Assembly: GCA_963768655.1 (NCBI GenBank)
Contig: CAVYIM010000007.1
Coordinates: 1-64,000, forward strand
Length of the DNA stretch: 64,000 bases
DNA from: an uncultured Chloroflexia bacterium
Lineage (GTDB): Bacteria > Chloroflexota > Limnocylindria > Limnocylindrales > CSP1-4
Direction: 5' to 3'
The position numbers and the translations under genes were made by a program. Under the pieces are notes generated by a model that did no database searches, was not told the DNA's origin, and saw only the letters and a list, made by a program, of their open reading frames with translations. Of this stretch, positions 40,149-50,037 are shown one piece after another; position 1 is the stretch's first letter; every line of letters starts with the position of its first letter.

Positions 40149-40258
40149 GGTGGGCGTCCTCGGGTACGGGCTGGACGCCCACATCAGTTACTCAGCCGGC
40201 CCCAGATAGCAACACCATGGCCAAATGGTGCCCATGGACGCCGGACCGAGTCGGGGCG

Positions 40259-40573
40259 TCAGCGATCGCCGGGCGGGTCCTGCTCAGGCGCCAGCGGGTT
40301 GATCGATTGGTTCCCAATCTGGCGCGCCCCTCCGAACAGGCTGAACTCACGCACCCGCAGCCGCCCGAGCCGGGGCACTCTTGGGGCGTCACTCCGCTCC
40401 ACGACATTTGCGAATGGTTCAACCTCCTCGATCCCGTGTTCTAGGGAGAGCGAGTAGATGTCGCTCGGCGGGTCGACGACGATGATGCCGCGCTCGAGCA
40501 AATCCTCTGCGGCGTCGGCGGAGAGTTCATAGGTAACGCCGTCGTAGACGAGCAGGCTCCTGCCGATCGCCAT
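40259..40573 (-). CDS. hypothetical protein
   Basis: GGAGG RBS, coding-like composition. Confidence 0.5.
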   Translation of the reverse strand: MAIGRSLLVYDGVTYELSADAAEDLLERGIIVVDPPSDIYSLSLEHGIEEVEPFANVVERSDAPRVPRLGRLRVREFSLFGGARQIGNQSINPLAPEQDPPGDR

Positions 40574-40758
40574 CTCTGCCTCCGGATCCTCAAACCGGGC
40601 AACTCGTGGTTCAAGTTGCACTCACACAATTGTGACTCCGGCCCTGTCGTTTAGGTTCTACCGCGTTTCGTTGGCGCTGGCAGGATGGAGCGCAATGGCG
40701 AACGGACGCTATCGCGGCGTCGTGACGACCGCCTGCGGTCCCTTCTCGCGTGCGGCGG

Positions 40759-40980
40759 TCAGTCGACTTTGGCGAAGAGGCTGAAGAGACCGTTCAGCTC
40801 CTTCTCCGTCAGGCCGAGGTCATAGTCGATGAGAAGCAACTGAACCTCGATCTGCTCCACCTCCGCTCGTGAAGGCGTGGCGTTGGATACCCGTGCCGCG
40901 ATGGTGTGGGCCAGCCCTTCCAGCCTGGCCATGCGCTGGGCGGCCGCGTTGATCCGAGCAACTATCTCAGCGTTGGTCAT
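40759..40980 (-). CDS. small coiled-coil hypothetical protein
   Basis: GAGGAG RBS before ATG; amphipathic helices. Confidence 0.6.
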   Translation of the reverse strand: MTNAEIVARINAAAQRMARLEGLAHTIAARVSNATPSRAEVEQIEVQLLLIDYDLGLTEKELNGLFSLFAKVD

Positions 40981-41558
40981 GGTTCTCCTCGTTGCCCCCG
41001 AAGAAAAGCGCGTCCTGAGGGGGATCAAACGCGCCCAATAGGTGGAGTCTAGAACGCAGCGGGGGTTCCTTGTCGGCGCTGGGCGGTGGCGCTTTCTGGC
41101 GCAGCGTTGCACGTCCACATGACGCCTTCTCGACACCGTGGCGACCCGCTGCCTCGCCAGACTCCGGGCCCGCTCCGCGAACAGATGCTCGCCCGAGCCT
41201 CCGTCGGCCATTTGGTCCGGCCTTCCCTGGCGGGGCCTCGACCCTGTCTGACCCAACGGTTGGCGCTGGCCTCTGTCGTCACCCACCAACGAGTCTTACC
41301 CCGACCCTCGATGCGACAGGCTTGCCCTTGCTAGTAGTCCCTGGTCACCGAGCACCATCGCCCGATCGTGAGGAGTCGAAAGGAGGAAGATCGCGACCAT
41401 CGGATTGGCCGCTGGTTCACAGTCAACCCTTGGGGAGCAGGCGGCCAGCAGTCGGACCTCGTTCTCGCCGGCCCGCGCCACAGGCCAATCATTCACTCAG
41501 TCATACTGCTGCCGTGGGGCGACGCCACAGGTGATTGGTAGCCGACGGGGAGTCGCTG

Positions 41559-42929
41559 ATGGGGTCGACGAAGACTTGCAGGCCGCGGGTGGGCGCTGTC
41601 CTGACCGGGTTGTTGCTCGTCGCCATCACGGGCTGCACGGCCGCCACACGCAGCCCGGCTCTTTCTGAGCGGCCAACCGCGGCTGCCAGTGAGTCGGTGG
41701 TAGCCCCTACCAGCTTGCCATCCTCGGCGCCCTCGTCGGTCCCAACGGATGTCCCTACCGCTGCGGCTTCGCCGTCTGATTACCCATATCCAGACGAGAA
41801 CCCGGGGCCGCCTCCGGCGCTGGCGAAGCTCACGACCGTGGATGTCTCCGGCTTCCAATCCGATGCGGCCAACAATGACCCGTACTGGGTCACCGTTGGA
41901 TCCGGCAGCGCGGCTCTTCACTACGACACCAGCAAGGCGAAGGGATCGATTCCGGTCCCATTGACCAAGGATGAACTGAATGACCCGCTTACTGGCGGTT
42001 ACCCGGACCTGTCTTGGAACGACCAGTTCGTGGTGATTACTACCGAATATGACATAGACCTGGAGGCCGGCGCCGCTGGGGGGTGTGGCTACGTGGCGGC
42101 GATTGCCTGGCAAATCCTGGTCGCCGTCATCGATAGCAGCGGGAAGCCTTCAGCCCCCACGGTGTTTGCCGTGGGTCAGAGCAACCTGAAGGTCGTTGGC
42201 CCGTCGAACACAGGCGCCGAAGGAGATGATTGTGCGTACCCGAGATTGCCCACGGTCGCGATGAGCGACGGCTTGATCGCCTACAACATTGAGAAGCCAT
42301 CTGTCGGCCAACCGTTCGGGTCCGAGATCCTGGTCCGTTCGTTGGCCGATGGCTCGACCGTTCGCGACTTGACTGTCCCCGACTACGTGGATTCCCTGCA
42401 GCTGTCAGGTCCGAACCTGGTCTGGATGGAGTTCGATGGCAATGTGGCGACCAGTCTGCCGCTCCGGATATCCACCGCGGCGAGCCCGGGCGCCCAGAAC
42501 TTCCTCGTCTACAAGACGCCCGGCGAAAGCGACCACTGGACTGCTCCGAAATACTGGCTCTCGGGGAACCTACTTGCATGGGACGGGTTTTCGACGGGGA
42601 AGGTCTGGCTCCGTGACCTCGCGACGGGCAAGCTCGCGCAGATCTCCCCAACCGGCGCAATCTGCGAACTCGAGGGTTTTGACGGCACCGACGCGCTGAT
42701 GACCTGCGGCGGCGACCCGAAGGTGTTGGCCTGGGCAGATGACTTCAGTCCTGATTGGGTCGTGTTGTGGTCATCGAGCGCCGGCGATCGCCTGCTGGTA
42801 AGCACACCGCCGGTCAACTGTTGGACCACGTGCGCCATGGCCAACGGCTCGGTCTTGGTGGACGTGACCGACGAATACGGGCGAGATACTTACTGGACCA
42901 TCCCCGTTGCAGCTCTGACCGGCAGTTGA
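41559..42929 (+). CDS. putative lipoprotein with beta-rich extracellular domain
   Basis: AITGC lipobox, Ser/Pro/Thr linker, propeller-like segments. Confidence 0.7.
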   Translation: MGSTKTCRPRVGAVLTGLLLVAITGCTAATRSPALSERPTAAASESVVAPTSLPSSAPSSVPTDVPTAAASPSDYPYPDENPGPPPALAKLTTVDVSGFQSDAANNDPYWVTVGSGSAALHYDTSKAKGSIPVPLTKDELNDPLTGGYPDLSWNDQFVVITTEYDIDLEAGAAGGCGYVAAIAWQILVAVIDSSGKPSAPTVFAVGQSNLKVVGPSNTGAEGDDCAYPRLPTVAMSDGLIAYNIEKPSVGQPFGSEILVRSLADGSTVRDLTVPDYVDSLQLSGPNLVWMEFDGNVATSLPLRISTAASPGAQNFLVYKTPGESDHWTAPKYWLSGNLLAWDGFSTGKVWLRDLATGKLAQISPTGAICELEGFDGTDALMTCGGDPKVLAWADDFSPDWVVLWSSSAGDRLLVSTPPVNCWTTCAMANGSVLVDVTDEYGRDTYWTIPVAALTGS

Positions 42930-43126
42930 GGGAGAAGCGCCATGGTCCAGGGCCGACGTCGCCTTCAAGTAGCACCCGACCGCCATGGCTTGATAGCGCA
43001 CGGGAGGACGAGGCCACTCGGTGCTGGCAGGTCGCGAGAGCGACGCTCTCAGGTTGAGATCAAGGTCTCAATCCCGTTGGCTACTGCGTCTTCAAGCGGC
43101 TCCTCGCGCCCCTCCCCGAGGCCGGC

Positions 43127-44572
43127 CTATTTGCCGCCAGCTGCCTCGCTGCCAACGATCTTCTGCTTGATGTCGGTGCTCGACTTGCTCAGGCCGGCGA
43201 TCAGTAGGTCCGGGGTGAGCCCAAACGCGGCCGCCACAACGAGGCCACGCGCGTCGCTGCCCAGATCGAGGACCTTGGAAAGGGAACCGGCGACGGCGGC
43301 AGCAACATCCGGGGTCGCGAACACGACGGGCGCGAGCGCGACTAGGAACACGCCCGCTACCGCGGCCAGCCCCGAGATCTGGGCAGTCGCAATGAGTCGG
43401 GCCTCGAATAGGCCGTAGTCGTCGACGGCAGAGTCGGCCTGCTCCTCGGCGCGAAGCCGGCTGAACAGGCCAATAATGGCGCCGGTAAGGAAGTACCCGC
43501 TTACCGCCACCAATGCCGATCGGCTGATCTCGCACACGATTGCCAGACCAACCATGAGGAATGTCACGAGGGCCGTGGCCAAGACGGCACGAAGGAGACG
43601 ATTGCGTTCCCGGATGAGACCTTCCCACTGATCGTCGCGGTACTCGTTGATCGCGGTACGCACACTCTTCACGACGGCGGAGGCGTCTTCGGACGGTGTG
43701 AAACCACCCACTGCCCCGGTGGGACCAAACAGGCCCTTGACGACCTCCGGGCCGATGGCTGCCTCGATTTCCTTCTGCAGCGTGGCACAGTTGGGGATGC
43801 TCGATCCGCTCAGTCGGTTGTAGTCGTAGATCGCGTCGCCAACGGCCGACGAACGGTCGATCTCGATTAGGGCCTCTTCAGCACGGTGGAGCGTGCGCCA
43901 GAGGTTCACATACCCCGTCGCCATCGCGAAGCGAAGGCCTGATTGGCCAAGCTCGATGTCAAGCGTTGACGAGTAGCTGCGCGCTTCAGCCAGTCGATCC
44001 CAGGCCTGCGGGTTGGCTGGTACGGGCTTGAGCTGCCACCAACTCTCGTATCCCATGCGCCAGGCGATGGAGTCCAGCAGACTGCGTAGCCTTCTGGCGC
44101 GAGGGAGAAGCTCGCCGTAGCTTCGAGACTGGGCGGTCTTGGCGCACGCCATCCAGTGGAATGCCGCCCCGCCTGTCACCCACAGGCTTAGGGCGACAGC
44201 CGTGCCCAGATAGAGCGCCTCCTGGTGTACCCGTCCGGTTCCGGGAGCAAGGTACGCGAGGACGACGGCCACAGCGCCGATGACTGGCAGAAACGGCGAG
44301 ATTGCCAGCAATGTGGCCCAGTAGGCCTCGTTGTAAGCGTTGTGGCCGAGGATGAGAGCGGCGGTCAGAAGCGTTGTCATCACGACGGCCACCGATCCGT
44401 CTGACAGGTCCTGGCGTATCCCGCCCGAGATGGGCCCCGGCAGGCCAAAGGTCCAAACGAGGAGCGCGCCGAGGAGTAAAGCAAGGGTCAGCAGGAAGGC
44501 GGCGCGCCAGCCGGCGTGGGTTTCGCGTTCCGGGTGCGGTGCTGGAAACCAGCTCAAGGATGGTGCGGTCAT
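43127..44572 (-). CDS. multi-pass membrane protein of unknown function
   Basis: About 4 TM, helical soluble domain, about 4 TM; GGAGG RBS. Confidence 0.75.
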   Translation of the reverse strand: MTAPSLSWFPAPHPERETHAGWRAAFLLTLALLLGALLVWTFGLPGPISGGIRQDLSDGSVAVVMTTLLTAALILGHNAYNEAYWATLLAISPFLPVIGAVAVVLAYLAPGTGRVHQEALYLGTAVALSLWVTGGAAFHWMACAKTAQSRSYGELLPRARRLRSLLDSIAWRMGYESWWQLKPVPANPQAWDRLAEARSYSSTLDIELGQSGLRFAMATGYVNLWRTLHRAEEALIEIDRSSAVGDAIYDYNRLSGSSIPNCATLQKEIEAAIGPEVVKGLFGPTGAVGGFTPSEDASAVVKSVRTAINEYRDDQWEGLIRERNRLLRAVLATALVTFLMVGLAIVCEISRSALVAVSGYFLTGAIIGLFSRLRAEEQADSAVDDYGLFEARLIATAQISGLAAVAGVFLVALAPVVFATPDVAAAVAGSLSKVLDLGSDARGLVVAAAFGLTPDLLIAGLSKSSTDIKQKIVGSEAAGGK

Positions 44573-44959
44573 GGATACCTCCCCCGTTCGGCAACGAACG
44601 GGGGAGGTCGCCTACATCGCTCCTCCCCGCGGCCGCCGGACCGGCGCTCACTCTACTCGCCGCGCTGGGCCGTGCAAGAGTTTGGGCAGGGACCGGACGC
44701 TTGCGCGAATGGCCCGCGTCTCCGGCCTGCCGCCCCGGCGTAGTAGGCCAGCCCACGCGAATCCGTTGGTGGGTGCGCCCTCAAAGACCATTGCGGGGCA
44801 AGACTATTACGCGTCGACACCATGACCACATCGCGACGGGTCGGTGTCGGCACGCCGCCAAAAGGCGCACCATATCCTCTGGAGACACGGCGACGCATCT
44901 GAGATCGTCAGAGCGGCCAAGCCACGTCTGAGTTCAACCCAACATCAGGAGGCACGCGC

Positions 44960-45418
44960 TTGAGCCCGCTGTTCCCTCGCCGGAAGCAGCCAGCTCCTCA
45001 GCCACCGTCATCTCTGTTCGATCCGACAACGGTCGACCTTGTCGCATCCACCAGAAGCGGCGACGCCCGTCTCTACATAGTCCGGGACCAGCAATGGACA
45101 GGATCTGACCCCGAGATCAGGTCGCTGCAGGAGAAGATCCACAACTACGTGGGCTTTGCGCTCGACGGCGGCATGGTGGCTCTCTATCCGGAGCTCACCG
45201 CCCAGCCATGGGCGATCGTCATTGACACGTACACCGGGCGTCCGGACGCTCGGACAATCGACGTGCTCCAGCGAACTGGAGACGTTGTCCGTCAGTACGG
45301 CGGCGAGCTGGTTCTCCACGAGCTGCGGCCGCCCGAAGGGCCCGGCCTACTACCGATGACGGTGAGCGTGACGAAGCTCGGCACGGCGCTCGATCCTTCC
45401 GAGCCCTTCGACTTGTAG
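44960..45418 (+). CDS. DUF6572-like protein
   Basis: VDLV...W...LQEKIHNYVGFALDG...YP pattern; AGGAGG RBS. Confidence 0.6.
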   Translation: MSPLFPRRKQPAPQPPSSLFDPTTVDLVASTRSGDARLYIVRDQQWTGSDPEIRSLQEKIHNYVGFALDGGMVALYPELTAQPWAIVIDTYTGRPDARTIDVLQRTGDVVRQYGGELVLHELRPPEGPGLLPMTVSVTKLGTALDPSEPFDL

Positions 45419-45584
45419 ATCTCCGTGGTCGAGCGTTCGAGCGGTACCGTATTGGCGCACGCTGGCGAACGAAGCGTGCCGGACCCGGCGACACGATGCG
45501 CGGATCGTGACCGGCTCAATCTCGGACGCGTGGCCGGGTGTCACCGTCAGGTCGGTGGTCGGACGAGCGAGGTAAGCACTCCCT

Positions 45585-47390
45585 TTAGGAGACCCAGTCG
45601 GGCGCTTCGCTCGCCGCCTTCCTCCATAGGGCGTAATTCGTCTCGCGAGTGGGCGCGTCCATCCTGGGCTTCCACTCGCGATCCTTCTGCCAGTTGGCCC
45701 GAAGGTCCTCGACGGTCTTCCAGAAGCCGACCGCCAGACCGGCTGCGTAGGCGGCGCCGAGGGCGGTCGTCTCGGCGACTTTGGGCCGGATGACCGGCAT
45801 GCCCAGGACGTCGGCCTGGAACTGCATCAGGGTCTCGTTGAACACCATGCCGCCGTCAACCTTGAGGGCCTTGAGCGGAACGCCGGAGTCGGCGTTCATC
45901 GCGTCGAGAACCTCGCGGGTCTGCCAGGCCGTCGCCTCGAGAACCGCCCGGGCGATGTGGCCCTTGTTCACGTAGCGGGTGAGGCCGGCGAAGACGCCGC
46001 GGGCATCGCCCTTCCAGTGGGGCGCGACCAGGCCGGAAAAGGCCGGCACGAAGTACACGCCGCCGTTGTCATCGACGGTCTTGGCCAGATCCTCGACCTC
46101 GGCGGTGATCCTGATCACTCCCAGGTTGTCGCGCAGCCACTGGACGAGGGCGCCGGTGATCGCGATCGAGCCCTCGAGGGCGTAGACCGCGGGCTGGTCG
46201 CCGATCTTGTAGCCGAGCGTCGTCAGCAGACCGCTCTTGGACGGCACCGCCTTCGTGCCCGTGTTGAGGAGCATGAAGCAGCCGGTGCCGTAGGTGTTCT
46301 TCGCCTCGCCGGGCGAGAAGCATGTCTGGCCGAAGAGGGCGGCCTGCTGGTCGCCTAGGTCACCGGCAACGGGCACGCCAGCGAGATCGCCAACGGCCTT
46401 GCCATAGACGGCGCTCGACGGCTTGACCGCCGGCAGCATGGAGCGCGGGATGGTCATGAGCTTTAGGATCTCGGGATCCCAGTCGAGGGTCGCAAGATTC
46501 ATGAGCATCGTCCGGCTGGCGTTACTCACGTCGGTGACGTGAACGCCGCCGTTGACGCCGCCGGTGAGATTCCAGATGCACCACGTGTCGATGTTCCCGA
46601 ACAGCAGGTCGCCTGCCTCTGCCTTGGCGCGGGCGCCGGCGACATTGTCGAGAATCCACTTGACCTTCGGACCGGAGAAGTAAGTTGCGAGCGGCAGGCC
46701 GACCTTGGCCCGCAGGCGGTCCTGGCCGCCCTGCTTGGCAAACTCATTGATGATCACGTCCGTCCGGGTGTCCTGCCAGACGATCGCGTTGTAGACCGGC
46801 TTGCCGGTCTTGCGATCCCAGACGACCGTCGTCTCGCGCTGGTTGGTGACTCCCACCGCAGCGAGGTCCGAGGCGGCGATGCCCGCCTTCTTGAGCGCGC
46901 CACGGATGACCTCGCCGCAGCGGGTCCAGATCTCCATCGCGTCGTGCTCGACCCAGCCCGGCTTGGGGTAGATCTGTTCGTGCTCTTTCTGATCGATCCC
47001 GACCACGCCACCGCTGTGGTCGAAGATCATGAAACGTGTGCTTGTGGTGCCCTGGTCCAGGGCGCCGACATATTGAGCGGAGGAAACCGCACCTAGTAGT
47101 CGCTGGAGCTGTTCGATCGCGGGTCGGGGGAGGTCGCCCACCTCAAGGTAGTGCTTGGCGAGACGACGGGCTTCAGGCTCGTTGCCGCCCTTCCGATAGA
47201 GCGCGACTGCGCTTATTGCCACGACGCCACGCGTGCGTGGGCGGTCAGACGGGACTCTGTCGAACGCAGCGGCTTCCCAGTGGGCCGCCTCAAGGTACGC
47301 CGCCGACGCAGCCTGTTCCTCGCCGCGCGCTAGAAGATCGTTGCCACGAATCATCAGTGCCTCGGCCCGACGGTGAAGATCAAGAGACAC
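45585..47390 (-). CDS. glpK: glycerol kinase with an N-terminal ~100-aa helical (TPR-like) domain
   Basis: [50 protein letters not shown] all intact. Confidence 0.9.
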   Translation of the reverse strand: MSLDLHRRAEALMIRGNDLLARGEEQAASAAYLEAAHWEAAAFDRVPSDRPRTRGVVAISAVALYRKGGNEPEARRLAKHYLEVGDLPRPAIEQLQRLLGAVSSAQYVGALDQGTTSTRFMIFDHSGGVVGIDQKEHEQIYPKPGWVEHDAMEIWTRCGEVIRGALKKAGIAASDLAAVGVTNQRETTVVWDRKTGKPVYNAIVWQDTRTDVIINEFAKQGGQDRLRAKVGLPLATYFSGPKVKWILDNVAGARAKAEAGDLLFGNIDTWCIWNLTGGVNGGVHVTDVSNASRTMLMNLATLDWDPEILKLMTIPRSMLPAVKPSSAVYGKAVGDLAGVPVAGDLGDQQAALFGQTCFSPGEAKNTYGTGCFMLLNTGTKAVPSKSGLLTTLGYKIGDQPAVYALEGSIAITGALVQWLRDNLGVIRITAEVEDLAKTVDDNGGVYFVPAFSGLVAPHWKGDARGVFAGLTRYVNKGHIARAVLEATAWQTREVLDAMNADSGVPLKALKVDGGMVFNETLMQFQADVLGMPVIRPKVAETTALGAAYAAGLAVGFWKTVEDLRANWQKDREWKPRMDAPTRETNYALWRKAASEAPDWVS

Positions 47391-47396
47391 TGCGAT

Positions 47397-47969
47397 CTAG
47401 GCCTCCTTCAGCCAGATGCGGCCGTTGAGGAAGCCAACGACCCCGGCCATAGCCGGTTTCGACCAACCTTGGGCGCGAACCTGTTCGATCTTCTCGCGCA
47501 GTCGCCGAGTCATCTTGGCTTCGTCGTCGAGGTCTATGCCCGACACCTCGAACAGCACGACGTCATCTCTGTCGAGGTTCAGGTCTGGATCGTCCGTCGC
47601 CTCCGCACCTGCCGGGACCAAGTAGTAATCCCCTCCTGATTCGGCCAAGGCCTGGCCGATCGTCACTAGCCCCACGCGGAGTTCTGCCGCACCCAAAGCG
47701 AGCGCGCAAGCACCATTCTCGGTCGCCTGTACCGCATTTCTGTAAGCCCGGACCAGCCTCGTGTCAGGCTCGGTCCAACGCAGTTCAACCTCGACGGACG
47801 CTCCAGGTTGCACGCAAACGCTCGCTGTTGCGGGCGGACGATGATGCCGACAAAGGCACACCCGAGCGGCGTCAGTAAGGAACGCCGCCACCGAGGCCGG
47901 CACGCCTGGATGCGTTCGGTGTAGGAAGTCCTGGTCGAGATCGAAGCCAGGTTTGGGGCTCAGTATCAT
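47397..47969 (-). CDS. putative PD-(D/E)XK-like protein
   Basis: TENGA...GGDYYL...FEVSG...K.EQ pattern; its 3' end carries the RBS of the next gene. Confidence 0.55.
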   Translation of the reverse strand: MILSPKPGFDLDQDFLHRTHPGVPASVAAFLTDAARVCLCRHHRPPATASVCVQPGASVEVELRWTEPDTRLVRAYRNAVQATENGACALALGAAELRVGLVTIGQALAESGGDYYLVPAGAEATDDPDLNLDRDDVVLFEVSGIDLDDEAKMTRRLREKIEQVRAQGWSKPAMAGVVGFLNGRIWLKEA

Positions 47970-48087
47970 GTTGGGACAGGGTATTCACCTCCATCGGCAG
48001 GGACAATCCCTTGGCCCTGCCCAGGCTGCACCATGAGCAGATAAGTTGGTCAGGCCCAGACGGCGACTCGCCTCGAGTAACTTGGTG

Positions 48088-48609
48088 TCAGACCTTCATC
48101 AGGATGTCGCTCAGCCGGGAGAGCCTACGCCGGATGAAGTTCATCCCTTTGTTTGCCCATTCGGGAACTCCTTGGTACACGCCCCCGCTGAAGTCGGCAT
48201 CGCTCTCGAAGTGTGAGAGGTAGTCGGGGGCATACCGCTCAACGCTCCGCCTCGCCTCCTGGTACCAGGCGTCGATCCGGGTCTCCCATTGCGCCCGGAG
48301 GGTTTCATCGGACGCCCCGTCGGTTCCCAACTTCACGGCGCCAAGCTCCTTGATCAGCGCGTTGCCAGCTTGGAGGATCCGATTTAGCTCGAAGGAACCG
48401 GGCCGAAGAAACGACACGCGCGCTACCACCGGCCGGGCACTCGCGACGTAGGCCAGAACGCCGGCGACACCTGCCGCGACCAGGAACGGTGTCAACGTTC
48501 CCGCCTTGTCAGCGGCTTTGGGATCAGTCGCGACGAGGGTCGCCAGCGCAGCGAAATATGCCGTGAACAGGGCCGCGCACAGACCCGCCAGCAGCCGCCG
48601 CACAATCAT
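48088..48609 (-). CDS. 2-TM hypothetical protein
   Basis: Two N-terminal TM segments and a helical C-terminal domain. Confidence 0.6.
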   Translation of the reverse strand: MIVRRLLAGLCAALFTAYFAALATLVATDPKAADKAGTLTPFLVAAGVAGVLAYVASARPVVARVSFLRPGSFELNRILQAGNALIKELGAVKLGTDGASDETLRAQWETRIDAWYQEARRSVERYAPDYLSHFESDADFSGGVYQGVPEWANKGMNFIRRRLSRLSDILMKV

Positions 48610-49045
48610 GCCGCCCTCGAGCCGCTCATGGCCCGCAGAATACGCCAGGCGGAGCGCCCTCGAAGCAGCCGCTCAACGGCCGCCAGGATAGGGGGCGGGT
48701 CGACCCGGCCGATCAATATCGTCACCATCCAGCGATAGCGTGAGCCCAGAGCGGGCAGAGTCGCCGGTTCTGAGAGCGTGCAGCCGCTGGCCGTGTCCGC
48801 CGCGAACGGCAGCAGCCGAGAGTGTGCTTCTGCTTAGACCAGCCAGTTCAAACAGGGTAGACTACCCGGCGGTTCCTGCCCCAAGGGTCAGCACAACCGT
48901 CGCGAGGCTTCGAGGCGGCGACCCGCTCATCGGCGGGAAGAGCCGCTGGTAGCGTACCGGCGCTGTGTTGGACTTGAAGGCCCAACAGGGCCGGGGGTAT
49001 CTACGATTCTCGCTCTGCGCAGATTGGTTCACCAAGCAGCTGCTG

Positions 49046-49831
49046 ATGCATGCCACTTCTCGTCTGCTCCCTGTGCTGGCTCTGGGCTTGGTCGCTGTTG
49101 CCTGTGCTTCCACGAGCGCAGCCCCAGCGGCCCCGGGTGCCTCTACAGCGCCGGTTCAGACAGCGGCCGCCACAACCGCGGTTGCGGTCACTGAGTCGGC
49201 AACGGCCACAGCCCCGCTGACCGCGGCCCTGACATCTGCGCCGACAGCCACGGCGAGCGCGCCGCTGCGCCTGGTGGTGCTGGGCGACAGCATCACCGCC
49301 TGGGGCAGCTGGCCGGCCGCAGTGGATGCCGCCAGTCCGCACCTGGTGCTGGTGCACAACGCCGGCGTGGCGGGCGACAGCACCGCGCAGATGCTCGCCC
49401 GCCTCGACCGTGACGTGCTGGCCTATCAGCCGGACGTGGTGGTTCTCATGGGAGGTACGAACGACCGCTGCCTACGGAGTCAGCCGGCCACCGTGGCCCA
49501 GGCTGCTGCCAACCTGCGCGCGATCATCGAACGCCTGCACGCCGCCGGCGTACTGGTCGTGCTGATGACGATCCCACCCTGCCTGGGCCTGGCGCGCATC
49601 CTCCCGATGAATGCGGCCATTCGGCGACTGGCCGCCGTCGAGGGTACGCCGCTAGTCGACATCTACGCCGCGCTGGTGGGCAAGGGCGACGCCTACGTTC
49701 CGGCCTACCAATGTGGGGACGGCATCCACCCGAGCGCCGCTGGCTACGCGAAAATGGCCCAGGCAATCCTGGCGGTGACCAGCCAGTTGTGGCCGGAACA
49801 GCATCCGGCCCGCGCCGAGCCCAAAGACTAA
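49046..49831 (+). CDS. SGNH/GDSL hydrolase lipoprotein
   Basis: AVAC lipobox; GDSIT, NAGVAG, GTND, DGIHP. Confidence 0.9.
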   Translation: MHATSRLLPVLALGLVAVACASTSAAPAAPGASTAPVQTAAATTAVAVTESATATAPLTAALTSAPTATASAPLRLVVLGDSITAWGSWPAAVDAASPHLVLVHNAGVAGDSTAQMLARLDRDVLAYQPDVVVLMGGTNDRCLRSQPATVAQAAANLRAIIERLHAAGVLVVLMTIPPCLGLARILPMNAAIRRLAAVEGTPLVDIYAALVGKGDAYVPAYQCGDGIHPSAAGYAKMAQAILAVTSQLWPEQHPARAEPKD

Positions 49832-50037
49832 TTCCTGTGCTCGCTGAGCAAGCGTTTCGGCGCGCCTCCGCCTCGGCTGGCGAATTCCGCGGCTCCGCCC
49901 CGGGCCTTTTCGTGTCAAGTCCGCATTCATGACGTGATACATTAGCCTGCGACTGGCCCTGCGAATTACGCAGGGCCGCCGATGGGGTAGCGCAGGGGCG
50001 CTCGACCGGCTTTGCAGGCATCGAGGAGGGCTTCGGT

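Noticed and set aside
48038-48045. Single cagataag copy
   Set aside because: No 11-bp-phased partners and no -10 at N10.
49895-49922. TTCGTGTCAAGT resembling a XerD arm of dif
   Set aside because: No matching XerC arm at the right spacing.
40200-50000. Integron cassette array behind the tyrosine recombinase
   Set aside because: No attC-like repeats found, genes are in mixed orientation, and the IntI-specific insertion is not evident.
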